A stretch of DNA of 44,285 nucleotides from an archaeon (lineage in GTDB: Archaea; Iainarchaeota; Iainarchaeia; Iainarchaeales; 1-14-0-10-31-34): contig JBDRFE010000019.1 in the NCBI GenBank assembly GCA_043819075.1, positions 1 to 44,285 of the forward strand, given 5' to 3'. Every line of letters begins with the position of its first letter. The stretch's first letter is position 1. The position numbers and the translations under genes are program-made. The notes beneath the pieces were generated by a model, which saw only the letters and a list, made by a program, of their open reading frames with translations, did no database searches and was not told the origin of the DNA. Shown here piece after piece: positions 1 to 8,227 of the stretch.

Positions 1-993
1 GATGGTTGGTTTAGTAAATACTCCATCCAAGTGGATTTCAGAGTAAGTTGTCCCGCCTGTCATTGAAGTATTGTTTCCTATTGCTAAATGTGCTGTGCCC
101 AAAACTTTTTCGTCTTCTAATACTACGCCGATAATTTTTGCTGTATTGTTTGTTCCTACAGCAAATTCTGCAATATTTTTGGCGTTCTTTCCCAAAGGCT
201 TAATCAGTTTCCGCAATTTTTCTGCTTCTTCGCCTCCGGAAATATTTGTTACAAAGCCTTTCCTTACAGTTATTTCAATTGGAGTTGAAACTTTTCCTAT
301 TGTTCCCATTGAAGCATCAACCACAAATTTTCCCTCTGTTTTTCCTTCTTCCGGCACAATATAAACTTCTCCTTGCGGAATATTCCCCCATTGGCCTGGC
401 TTTAAATAAAAGCCTGCTTTGCTTCCGCCTGCTTTCATTCCATGCAACGGAATCTTAATGTCTGTTCCTAATTCTGTTTTAACTTCAGCCAAATCAGTTT
501 TTGAAAGCAAATTTTTTACTTTTAAGCTTAAAGCTTTTATCTGAAGATAATCTGCTTTTAAGTCTCTTTCAATCATTTCATAATTTAATCTTGGCATTGA
601 AGCAATTCTTGCGTTATTTTTTGATGCCTTCATTCTTGCTTTTGTGTGGCTTAAAGAACTTTTAACCGGCATTAAAATTACATTAAATTCAAGCATTTTT
701 TCTGAGATTTTTTTTTCCGGTTCCATGCCGTTGAACGGCAATGATTTTATTTCAATTAATTTTGTTTTTTTTGAAAGATTTTTTCCTGCTGCAGCAAAAG
801 CTTTTGCAATAAAATAAGTTGTTTCATCGCAGATTACAAGCAGTTTTTCTTTTTTTTTGATTCCAAGGTTTTCAGTTAAAATTTTTTCCCCGTATTTTTT
901 TGTTTTTTCGAAATCAAAGTTTTTGTTGCCGTACGTCTGATAAAAAAGCTCTTTTTTTGAAGGCTTTTTAATTGCTTTTTTTTTTGAATTCAT
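1..993 (-). CDS. M29-family (thermophilic metallo-) aminopeptidase; 3' end runs off the window
   Basis: Not in the ORF track; translated by hand from ATG at 993: MNSKKKAIKK...SLSHTKAR...GNIPQGEVY...NIAEFAVGTN...LEDEKVLGTAHLAIGNN...IHLDGVFTKPTI. These are typical M29 metal-ligand motifs; the frame is open to base 1. Confidence 0.85.
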   Translation of the reverse strand, partial: MNSKKKAIKKPSKKELFYQTYGNKNFDFEKTKKYGEKILTENLGIKKKEKLLVICDETTYFIAKAFAAAGKNLSKKTKLIEIKSLPFNGMEPEKKISEKMLEFNVILMPVKSSLSHTKARMKASKNNARIASMPRLNYEMIERDLKADYLQIKALSLKVKNLLSKTDLAEVKTELGTDIKIPLHGMKAGGSKAGFYLKPGQWGNIPQGEVYIVPEEGKTEGKFVVDASMGTIGKVSTPIEITVRKGFVTNISGGEEAEKLRKLIKPLGKNAKNIAEFAVGTNNTAKIIGVVLEDEKVLGTAHLAIGNNTSMTGGTTYSEIHLDGVFTKPTI

Positions 994-1144
994 TTTTTTT
1001 CCACTTTAAATCCGGCTATTATTTTTTGAAGCCAGAAGAGTAAAAAAAGCTTGCGCTTGTTTTCCTGTTTTTTTGTTCTTGTTCGTGTTTTTGCTTTAAA
1101 AAAACTGTTTTTTTAGGGGAATTTATTTAAACAGTTTAACCTTC

Positions 1145-1176
1145 TTAATATGTTTAAGGTTTAATATGTTTAAGGT
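1145..1176 (+). repeat. Perfect 16-bp tandem direct repeat TTAATATGTTTAAGGT x2, just upstream of the MscS-peptidase gene
   Basis: 1145-1160 and 1161-1176 are identical; the second copy runs into an SD-like AGGTG. Confidence 0.9.
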
Positions 1177-1184
1177 GTTTTTGG

Positions 1185-2732
1185 ATGGCTGAAACAATGG
1201 GAAATTTTTTGCTGAACGAGGTTTTGTTCAGCAATGTAACTCAGGCTGTTGCAGTCATTGTTGCAGGATTAATTATTGCAAAGCTTTTGGGAAAAATCTT
1301 TGGCTTGCTGTTAAAAAAACAGAAAGTAAGCTATTATACTGTTGATTCTGCTGTTAGGTCAGTTGAATTGTTTGTTTTTGTTGTTTCTTTGATTATTGCT
1401 TTAAGCGTGTTAAAGGTTTCTGTTGCAGAAGTCCTTATTTCAAAGGTCATGGCTTTTATTCCTTCTGTGGTGATTTTTTTTCTTGTATTTGTTTTAGGGT
1501 ACATTTTAGTTACGTTAATTGCTGATGCATTAAGTTTTTTGTTCATTAAATTCGGTTCTGATTCTTATTTAGAGGAATTTGGCATTTCAAAACAGGTTAT
1601 TTCTGCTTTTTTCCTTATAGTAAAATTTTTTCTTTTATTGATTGTTTTAATGCTTTCTTTTTCTACTATCGGAATAGACATTGGCTTGTTTCAGGGTTTT
1701 TTTAACACTTTGATTACAGCAATAATTGTTTTAGCGCTTGCTTTATTCTTTTTTGGCTTTAAAGAAATTTTTGAAAACTTTTTTTCAGGGCTTTTTATTC
1801 AAAAAAATTTAATCAAGCCAGGCCAGCAAATCAAAATAGGCAATGAATTAGGGGAAGTAATCGGAGTTGACATTCACGGAGTAATGGTCAGGCTTGCTTC
1901 CGGATACAATCTGGTTGTGCCTAACAAGGAGTTCATTAAAAAGGAGTTTTACTTAAAGAGAGCCAGAAGCGATATTTCAAAACTTGAAAGCATTAGGGCA
2001 AAGTTTGTCCCTCAAATGAATTATTTTTGCGGCCCTGCTTCTGCTTCAATGATGCTGTCTTTTTTTGGCTATAATTTTTCGCAGCAGGAAATAGGAAAGC
2101 TTGCAGGAACAGTTTCTCCTGGCGGGACAAAGCCATTGGATTTAATTAAGGCAGTGGAAAAGCTTTCAAACAATTTAATTAAAGGCCAGTTAATTCGCTA
2201 TAACCAGATTTATAATTTAAGGGATGAAGTTAAAAGCTGGATTTCAGATAGTGCAATGATTTTAATGTGGTATAAAAAGCCTGTGTTGTTTCCTTCAAAG
2301 AAGTCAAGGTCAGGGCATTTTGTTTTGTGTGCTGGAGTTGAAGGAGATGAACTGATTTTAATGGATCCTTCGCCTCAGACTGCAGGGGTTTATTTGGTTG
2401 ATTACAGGTTAATGGATGAAGCAATGAGTGAAACAGACAAGAAAAGAGGTTATCTGGTGTTTGCAAAAAAGGGAACGCCTGCTTTTTGGAGAATAAATGA
2501 AGGGTTAATTTATGCTAATGTTGCTTCTTATAAAAATCTTTCAAAGTCTTTTGAAAGGTATGTGCATAAATTAATCAGGAGAAAATCTGTTGTTAATGAG
2601 CTTTTGTCGGAATTTGTTTTCAATGAAATTTCTTCTGACCCTGAAAAAAAAATAAAGAAAATCTGGATTCCAGAAAAAAGCTTAGATAAAAAGAAAAATG
2701 AATCAGATGGCTCTGATGCAGTGAACGACTAA
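1185..2732 (+). CDS. MscS-family mechanosensitive channel fused to a C-terminal C39-like (papain-fold) cysteine peptidase
   Basis: N-terminal multi-TM region, then MscS beta-domain (FENFFSG...IKPGQQIKIG..GEV...VVPN), then PQMNYFCGPAS (Q277/C282), GHFVL (H378) and LILMDP (D394). Confidence 0.85.
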   Translation: MAETMGNFLLNEVLFSNVTQAVAVIVAGLIIAKLLGKIFGLLLKKQKVSYYTVDSAVRSVELFVFVVSLIIALSVLKVSVAEVLISKVMAFIPSVVIFFLVFVLGYILVTLIADALSFLFIKFGSDSYLEEFGISKQVISAFFLIVKFFLLLIVLMLSFSTIGIDIGLFQGFFNTLITAIIVLALALFFFGFKEIFENFFSGLFIQKNLIKPGQQIKIGNELGEVIGVDIHGVMVRLASGYNLVVPNKEFIKKEFYLKRARSDISKLESIRAKFVPQMNYFCGPASASMMLSFFGYNFSQQEIGKLAGTVSPGGTKPLDLIKAVEKLSNNLIKGQLIRYNQIYNLRDEVKSWISDSAMILMWYKKPVLFPSKKSRSGHFVLCAGVEGDELILMDPSPQTAGVYLVDYRLMDEAMSETDKKRGYLVFAKKGTPAFWRINEGLIYANVASYKNLSKSFERYVHKLIRRKSVVNELLSEFVFNEISSDPEKKIKKIWIPEKSLDKKKNESDGSDAVND

Positions 2733-2744
2733 AAAAAGGTTTTT

Positions 2745-3587
2745 TTGATGAAAGCATTGTTTATTTTTGAAAAAGAAAATGAAGACATTTCAAAGCTAAA
2801 AGAAGCTTTTAACAAAAAAAATATTTCTGTTTCATTGGTTGAAATAGCCAAAATAGGCCTTTTAACTGAAGGCAAAGAAACTACTTTAACAACTAATGGA
2901 TTTAATTTAGAGGATTTTGACTGCTGTTTTATTGAAGCAGGAATCCAGTTCACGCGTTTCATTGAACCATTGATTGACGAGTTTTCCCAGAAAGGAGTTT
3001 ACTGCCAGGTCAAGCCAGATGCTTATTCTATTCTTTCAAACAAGGCTTTTCAGCTGACTACGCTGAACTCTAATGGAATTAAGATTCCTGACACAACTGT
3101 TTTTGGCTCAAGTTTTTTTATTAATTCTTCTTTAAAAGAGTTTTCTTTTCCTTTAGTGCTTCAGGTTTTTGACGGATACAAAAAAATACAGAATGTTTTG
3201 GTTGAATCAGAGAAAGCCCTTTTATCTATTGTGAAAAGCATTAAATCAGATTTTGATGTGTTATTGCTGCAGGAATTTTTTGAAAAAGACTTGAATGAAA
3301 GCGTTGTAATCGGGGACAATGTTTTTACTGTAAGAAGAGCATGGAACAAAGAAAAATTTGAGTACTCTAAAAAAGGCTCAAGCAGGGGCTTAAATGAACA
3401 AGAAAAAGCTAATGTAATTAATGCCTGTAAGGCAATCGGAATTGATATGGCTACAGTGAAATCCATTGAAGGCTGTGTTGTCAGCTTAAAGCCTGTAATT
3501 GATTTCAGTTTTTTTCAGGAAATAATGGGAAAAAACCTTTTTGAGGAAACCGCAGAATTTTATTTTAACAAGCTGAGGAAGGAATAA
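2745..3587 (+). CDS. RimK-like ATP-grasp protein, degenerate (probably catalytically inactive)
   Basis: Retains NK..LNSNGIKIPDT, FPLVL and LLQEF, but lacks the K-x3-G-x-G loop and the E-x-N motif. Confidence 0.75.
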   Translation: MMKALFIFEKENEDISKLKEAFNKKNISVSLVEIAKIGLLTEGKETTLTTNGFNLEDFDCCFIEAGIQFTRFIEPLIDEFSQKGVYCQVKPDAYSILSNKAFQLTTLNSNGIKIPDTTVFGSSFFINSSLKEFSFPLVLQVFDGYKKIQNVLVESEKALLSIVKSIKSDFDVLLLQEFFEKDLNESVVIGDNVFTVRRAWNKEKFEYSKKGSSRGLNEQEKANVINACKAIGIDMATVKSIEGCVVSLKPVIDFSFFQEIMGKNLFEETAEFYFNKLRKE

Positions 3588-3589
3588 AA

Positions 3590-4477
3590 ATGAAGTTTTT
3601 GTATATTGGCGGAAGCAATGAAAGGCAGGAAGTAAAGCAGTTGATTTTAGAGGAAGCGCATAAATTATTTGACACTGTATTGTATGCTCCGCTGAAAAAA
3701 ATAAAGATTGAATGCAGGAACGGAAAAACAAAACTGGTTTTCAAGGGAACTGACTTAACTTCTTTTGATGCCTGTTATGCAAGGCTTTTCTCCAAAGACT
3801 TAATGTTTGGCGAAATTGTTTTAGACATATTAAATCATTCAGATGTTTTTATTCCTTTGACTCCAGAGGCATTTCAGGCAACCAACCACAAATATTTTAC
3901 TGTTAAAGTTCTTTCAAGGGAAGGAATTCCTGTTCCTGTTTCTTCTTTGGCTGTTGCCCCTCAGACTGCAATTGACATGAGCCATAAAATGGGTTATCCG
4001 ATAATAATTAAGCTGCTGTCTGGTTTTGGAGGCAGAGGTGTAATGCGCGCTAACTCTGAAGAAGAATTCAGGCCTGTTTTGGACACTTTAAAGCTTTTCA
4101 GGGAATTCATTTCAACACAAGAATTTGTTAAGTCAGAAAATTATGATATACGGTGCCTTGTTTTTGGCGAAGAAGTTTACGGCATTAAAAGAACCTGCAG
4201 GGAAGGTGAATGGCGGACAAATGTTTCTGCCGGAGGAAAAGCAGAGTTAATTGAATTAAGTTCTGCAATGAAAGAAGATGCATTAAAGGTTTCAGCGATT
4301 TTAGGCTTGGGAGTCTGTGCTGTGGATTTCATGGAAGAACAGGGAAAATACAAGTTAATTGAAGTGAATTTTGCCCCTGGATTAATGATCGATTTTTTTG
4401 GCCCAAAGTTTCCGAATATTCTTGTCAAATACTTGTATAAAAAAACAAGGGAATTAAAGACAAGAAACAGGTTTTAA
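3590..4477 (+). CDS. RimK/LysX-family ATP-grasp amino-acid (alpha-L-glutamate) ligase
   Basis: YPIIIKLLSGFGGRGV, QEFV, DIRCLV, WRTNVSAGG, AVDF, IEVNFAPG. Confidence 0.9.
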   Translation: MKFLYIGGSNERQEVKQLILEEAHKLFDTVLYAPLKKIKIECRNGKTKLVFKGTDLTSFDACYARLFSKDLMFGEIVLDILNHSDVFIPLTPEAFQATNHKYFTVKVLSREGIPVPVSSLAVAPQTAIDMSHKMGYPIIIKLLSGFGGRGVMRANSEEEFRPVLDTLKLFREFISTQEFVKSENYDIRCLVFGEEVYGIKRTCREGEWRTNVSAGGKAELIELSSAMKEDALKVSAILGLGVCAVDFMEEQGKYKLIEVNFAPGLMIDFFGPKFPNILVKYLYKKTRELKTRNRF

Positions 4478-4482
4478 TACAT

Positions 4483-5307
4483 ATGAAGCTTGCAATAATT
4501 TCTTCTGAAAAACAGTTTGAAACTGAAAGAATAAAAGAAGAAGCAGTTAAAAGAAAGCATGTTGTTTCTGTTTTTCATCCAGAGGCATTACAGGCAGGCA
4601 TTGGCTTAGTGAAAAAAAAATTTGATTTGGTTTTATTCCGTACATTACAGGATTTTTCTTTGCAGGGAAGAGCACTTGCATTAAGCTTTTTTTCTTCTGG
4701 CACAAAAATTGTTGACGAAAAGCTTGCTTCAATGAATGGAAGAAATAAGTTCACAAACTATTATTGTTTTTTTAAAGCAGGCTTAAATATTCCAAAGACT
4801 TTTTTTTTGAATAGGAAAACTTTTTTTTCCCTTCCTTTTTCTGATTCTGATTGGATTGTATTAAAAGAGCTTGAAGGAAAAAGAGGAAAAGGAATTTACA
4901 GAATAAAGTTTTCTGAGATTCATTCTTTTCTGCCTTCAGTGAAAGAAAACTTTTTTTTGGTTCAGGAATTCATTCCATTTGAAAAAGAGTTAAGAGTTCT
5001 TGTAATAGGCGGAAAAGCAGTTGGCGCATTTGAAAAGCAGTCAAGTCATTGGCTGAAAAACATTGCACAAGATTCTGTTGCAGTTGAATTCAAATTAAAT
5101 AAAATGATTTCTGATATTGCCGTTAAAGCGGCTGAAAGCGCGCAGTTAGAGATTTCTGGCGTTGACCTTGCCTTGCATGAAAAAAAATGGTTTGTTTTAG
5201 AAACAAACCGTTCCCCGCAGTTCAAGGCTTTTGAGGAATGCACTGGAATAAATGCTGCCCAAAAAATAGTTGAATTCCTTGAAGAAAAAGCTAAAACAAG
5301 AAAGTGA
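4483..5307 (+). CDS. RimK-family ATP-grasp ligase
   Basis: GLNIPKT, VLKELEGKRGKGI, VQEFI, ELRVLVIGG, WLKNIAQ, GVDL, LETNRSPQF. Confidence 0.85.
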   Translation: MKLAIISSEKQFETERIKEEAVKRKHVVSVFHPEALQAGIGLVKKKFDLVLFRTLQDFSLQGRALALSFFSSGTKIVDEKLASMNGRNKFTNYYCFFKAGLNIPKTFFLNRKTFFSLPFSDSDWIVLKELEGKRGKGIYRIKFSEIHSFLPSVKENFFLVQEFIPFEKELRVLVIGGKAVGAFEKQSSHWLKNIAQDSVAVEFKLNKMISDIAVKAAESAQLEISGVDLALHEKKWFVLETNRSPQFKAFEECTGINAAQKIVEFLEEKAKTRK

Positions 5308-5316
5308 TTTTTTTTT

Positions 5317-5571
5317 ATGGAAAAAAAACTTGAGTTATTTGACAAAAAAGTAAAAAAAGAATCAAATAAAAAACAGGTTTCTTTCAGGTTCTGTCCTGCT
5401 TGCGGTTCAGTTAACTTAAAACCCCAGATTTATGGAATGGGAAAAGATGCTGTTGCATTGTCTCCTATGATGCGCTGCACTGACTGCGGGTTTTATGGAT
5501 TTGTTTTTGATGGAACGCCTGAATTCCTGAAAGAATTCAGGGAAAAACTTAAGAAAAATTCATCTGCCTGA
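5317..5571 (+). CDS. Small zinc-ribbon protein
   Basis: CPACGS...CTDCG; starts 9 bp after the third ligase. Confidence 0.7.
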   Translation: MEKKLELFDKKVKKESNKKQVSFRFCPACGSVNLKPQIYGMGKDAVALSPMMRCTDCGFYGFVFDGTPEFLKEFREKLKKNSSA

Positions 5572-5989
5572 TTATCTTGTTTTTCAGTTTGGATGACTTG
5601 AATTTTCCTGCATTTAACGCTTTAACTCTTTTTATTTCAGCTTTAATGCCTCTTTTTTTCAGTTCTTCTCTGAGTTTTTCTGTTGAAGGCTGTTGGTCGT
5701 ATCCTAAAACAATTACTTCCGGCTTTAATTTTTTGAGTACTTCAAATATTGCTCCATTCTTGTTTCCTAAAACTGTTTTGTCAACTGGCTTTAATGCCTG
5801 AATAAGTTTTTTTCTTTCGTTTTCCTTTAAAATCGGTTCCCTTAACTTGATTTTTTTTACTCTTGTGTCTCTTGCAATAACTACAGTTAGCTCTTCACCA
5901 AATTTTTTTGCCTGCTCTAAGTAATGCAAGTGCCCTGGATGCAGGCCGTCAAATGTGCCGAATGCAAGAACTCTGTGTTTTTTTGCCAT
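5549..5989 (-). CDS. ribL: Archaeal FAD synthetase (cytidylyltransferase family)
   Basis: FGTFDGLHPGH, VVIARD, IVLGYDQ, SSK. Confidence 0.8.
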   Translation of the reverse strand: MAKKHRVLAFGTFDGLHPGHLHYLEQAKKFGEELTVVIARDTRVKKIKLREPILKENERKKLIQALKPVDKTVLGNKNGAIFEVLKKLKPEVIVLGYDQQPSTEKLREELKKRGIKAEIKRVKALNAGKFKSSKLKNKIIRQMNFS

Positions 5990-6037
5990 ACAAATAAATA
6001 GTATTTCATTAAACTATTAAATAAAACAGGTTTTTTT

Positions 6038-7000
6038 ATGGGCTTAAAGGAAAAAATGCAGTTGATTGAAGAAAATTCAGTTGAACTGGTTACAAAAGAA
6101 GAAATTGAAAAAATTCTTTCAGAAAAAAAGTCTCCGATAACTTACTGCGGTTACGAGCCATCAGGAGAAGTTCATTTAGGCCATTTTGTTACTGCAATAA
6201 AATTATCGCAGTTAGAGAAAGCAGGCTTTAAAGTTAAAATTCTTTTAGCTGACTGGCATGCGTTTCTGAACAAGAAAGGAACTGAAGAACAGATAAAAGA
6301 AAACATTAAGTTTTGGAAGAAAGCTTTTTCTTTTATCGGATTAAAAGAACCAGAGTTTGTTTTGGGTTCTTCTTTTCAGAAAAAACAGGATTACATTGAA
6401 GATTTATTGAAGCTTTCACTGCACACTACAATTAACAGGGGTTTGCGTTCAATGCAGGAAGTTGCAAGAGACATTGAGAACGCAACAGTTTCTCAGGCAA
6501 TTTATCCTTTAATGCAGATTAATGATTTAAAGCACTTGAAAATTGATGTCGCGCAGTCAGGCATTGAACAAAGAAAAATCCATATGCTTGCCCGAGAGCT
6601 TATTGAAAAAATTAGTTACAAAAAGCCTTCTTTTGTGCATACTCCGTTAATTGATTCAATGTTAAAACCCGGAACAAAAATGAGTTCAAGTGATGCTTCT
6701 ACTTTAATTTCTGTAAGGGATTCAGAAGAAGAAATTAAAAAGAAAATAAATAAAGCGTATTGCGTTGAAGGCGATGCAAATAATGCTTTGCTGCAGATAA
6801 TGAAGTTAATTGTTTTTCCTAAAAAAAATTCAGTTGAAATTTCCCGTCCAGAAAAATTTGGAGGAAGCATTAAGTTTAATTCTTTTTTTGAGCTGGAAAA
6901 AGCTTTTTCTGAGAAAAAGCTTCATCCAATGGATTTAAAGAATTCGTTGTCAGCTGAATTAAATGATGTTTTAGAGCCTGTTAGAAAGGCTTTCAAATAA
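6038..7000 (+). CDS. tyrS: Tyrosine--tRNA ligase (archaeal type)
   Basis: YCGYEPSGEVHLGH, ADWHAFLN, IYPLMQ, EQRKIHMLARE, KMSSS, LHPMDLK. Confidence 0.95.
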   Translation: MGLKEKMQLIEENSVELVTKEEIEKILSEKKSPITYCGYEPSGEVHLGHFVTAIKLSQLEKAGFKVKILLADWHAFLNKKGTEEQIKENIKFWKKAFSFIGLKEPEFVLGSSFQKKQDYIEDLLKLSLHTTINRGLRSMQEVARDIENATVSQAIYPLMQINDLKHLKIDVAQSGIEQRKIHMLARELIEKISYKKPSFVHTPLIDSMLKPGTKMSSSDASTLISVRDSEEEIKKKINKAYCVEGDANNALLQIMKLIVFPKKNSVEISRPEKFGGSIKFNSFFELEKAFSEKKLHPMDLKNSLSAELNDVLEPVRKAFK

Positions 7001-7043
7001 GGTTAGTTTTATAAATAAAAAAAGCCATTAAATATGAGATACT

Positions 7044-7673
7044 ATGAATCCAATTCATTTGATTTATAAGCCTGGGGCAGTAGTAAAACATTACTTGGAG
7101 AATCCAAGCATTTCAAAGGCACTGCTTTTTGTTTTATTGCCTGCAATTCTTTCTCTTATTGGATTAATTGTTTATGGCTTTGAAGTAAGCTTTTTTTCTG
7201 AAGCATTTAATTTCCTATATGCAGTTCTTGCATGGATTGTTGCTTCAATTTTATTGTCTTTGATTATTTCCTTGTTTTCAAGGAAAAACACTAGAAACGA
7301 TTTTTATGGAATTGCTTCAGCTGTTTCTTTGACAAGATTTTTGGGTGCAGCAGCAGTTTTCTTGTTTTTGTTGGTTCCTTTAATCCTGCCTGGAGAAATT
7401 TTTTCTTCTGTAAAAGATTTTCAGACAGGGAAAATCACTTTAGGCCAGTCAGCTGAAATTGTTTCAGCTTCAATTGAATCAGAGAATTTTGTTCACGCAA
7501 TTCCTGCTGTAAGCGCAATCCTTTTGCTTACAATAATTTTTGCTTTGCTTTCTATTCTGGTTTATTACAAGGTTATTTCGCATAAAATTAATTCTAATGT
7601 TTTGGTTCATTTTGTTGCATTGCTTTGCTTTCTTTTCCTTGACTTGGTTTTAGTGCAGGCAATTGGCTTCTGA
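7044..7673 (+). CDS. Yip1-like multi-pass membrane protein
   Basis: N-terminal LIYKP motif and about 5 hydrophobic helices. Confidence 0.55.
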   Translation: MNPIHLIYKPGAVVKHYLENPSISKALLFVLLPAILSLIGLIVYGFEVSFFSEAFNFLYAVLAWIVASILLSLIISLFSRKNTRNDFYGIASAVSLTRFLGAAAVFLFLLVPLILPGEIFSSVKDFQTGKITLGQSAEIVSASIESENFVHAIPAVSAILLLTIIFALLSILVYYKVISHKINSNVLVHFVALLCFLFLDLVLVQAIGF

Positions 7674-7726
7674 AAACTTTTTTAAATTCTTTTAACGTAG
7701 TTTTTATGCTGTATTGAGGTGGTTGA

Positions 7727-8167
7727 ATGGATGAATTAGATTTATGGGATCCTTTAAAAAAAGTGAGAAAACACGAGGCAGGCATTTCAAGGTTTTTTGA
7801 TTCAAGCCCTTTTCCTTCATTTGATTCTTTTATTCGAAGCCCTTTGCTTGACGTAAAAGATACAGGGAATTCTTTGAAGGTTACAGCAGAGCTTCCTGGA
7901 ATAAAAAAACAGGACTTGGATATTGATGTAACAGCAAACCAGCTGACTTTAAAGGCTAAAACTGATGCAAGAAAAGAAGAAAAAAACCCAAAAAAAGGCT
8001 ATTATTTCAGGGAAAGAAAATTTAATTCTTTTTTCCGTTCAATTGCTTTGCCTGAAGAAGTTGTTCCAAACAAATCCAGGGCAGAGTTCAGCAACGGAGT
8101 GTTAGAGTTAATCCTGCCAAAAAAGCATGTCAGGAAACTCAAAGGCTTTAAGGTTAAAGTAAAATAA
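7727..8167 (+). CDS. Small heat shock protein (Hsp20)
   Basis: DVKDT..VTAELPG, YYFRER..SFFRSIALP, AEFSNGVLELILPK; SD GAGGTGG upstream. Confidence 0.95.
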   Translation: MDELDLWDPLKKVRKHEAGISRFFDSSPFPSFDSFIRSPLLDVKDTGNSLKVTAELPGIKKQDLDIDVTANQLTLKAKTDARKEEKNPKKGYYFRERKFNSFFRSIALPEEVVPNKSRAEFSNGVLELILPKKHVRKLKGFKVKVK

Positions 8168-8227
8168 AACAAGAAAACCAAAACAACATCTTTAATATAA
8201 CTTTTTTTATTTATTCTTTAGAGTAAA

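Noticed and set aside
970..1000. Long A/T homopolymer runs as phase-variation sites
   Set aside because: Such runs occur throughout this Lys/Phe-rich, AT-rich window and the reading frames stay intact.
5317..5571. Zn-ribbon protein as a LysW-type carrier for the RimK/LysX ligases
   Set aside because: It lacks the C-terminal EDWGE/terminal Glu (ends KKNSSA) and is basic; no lysY/Z/J/K nearby.
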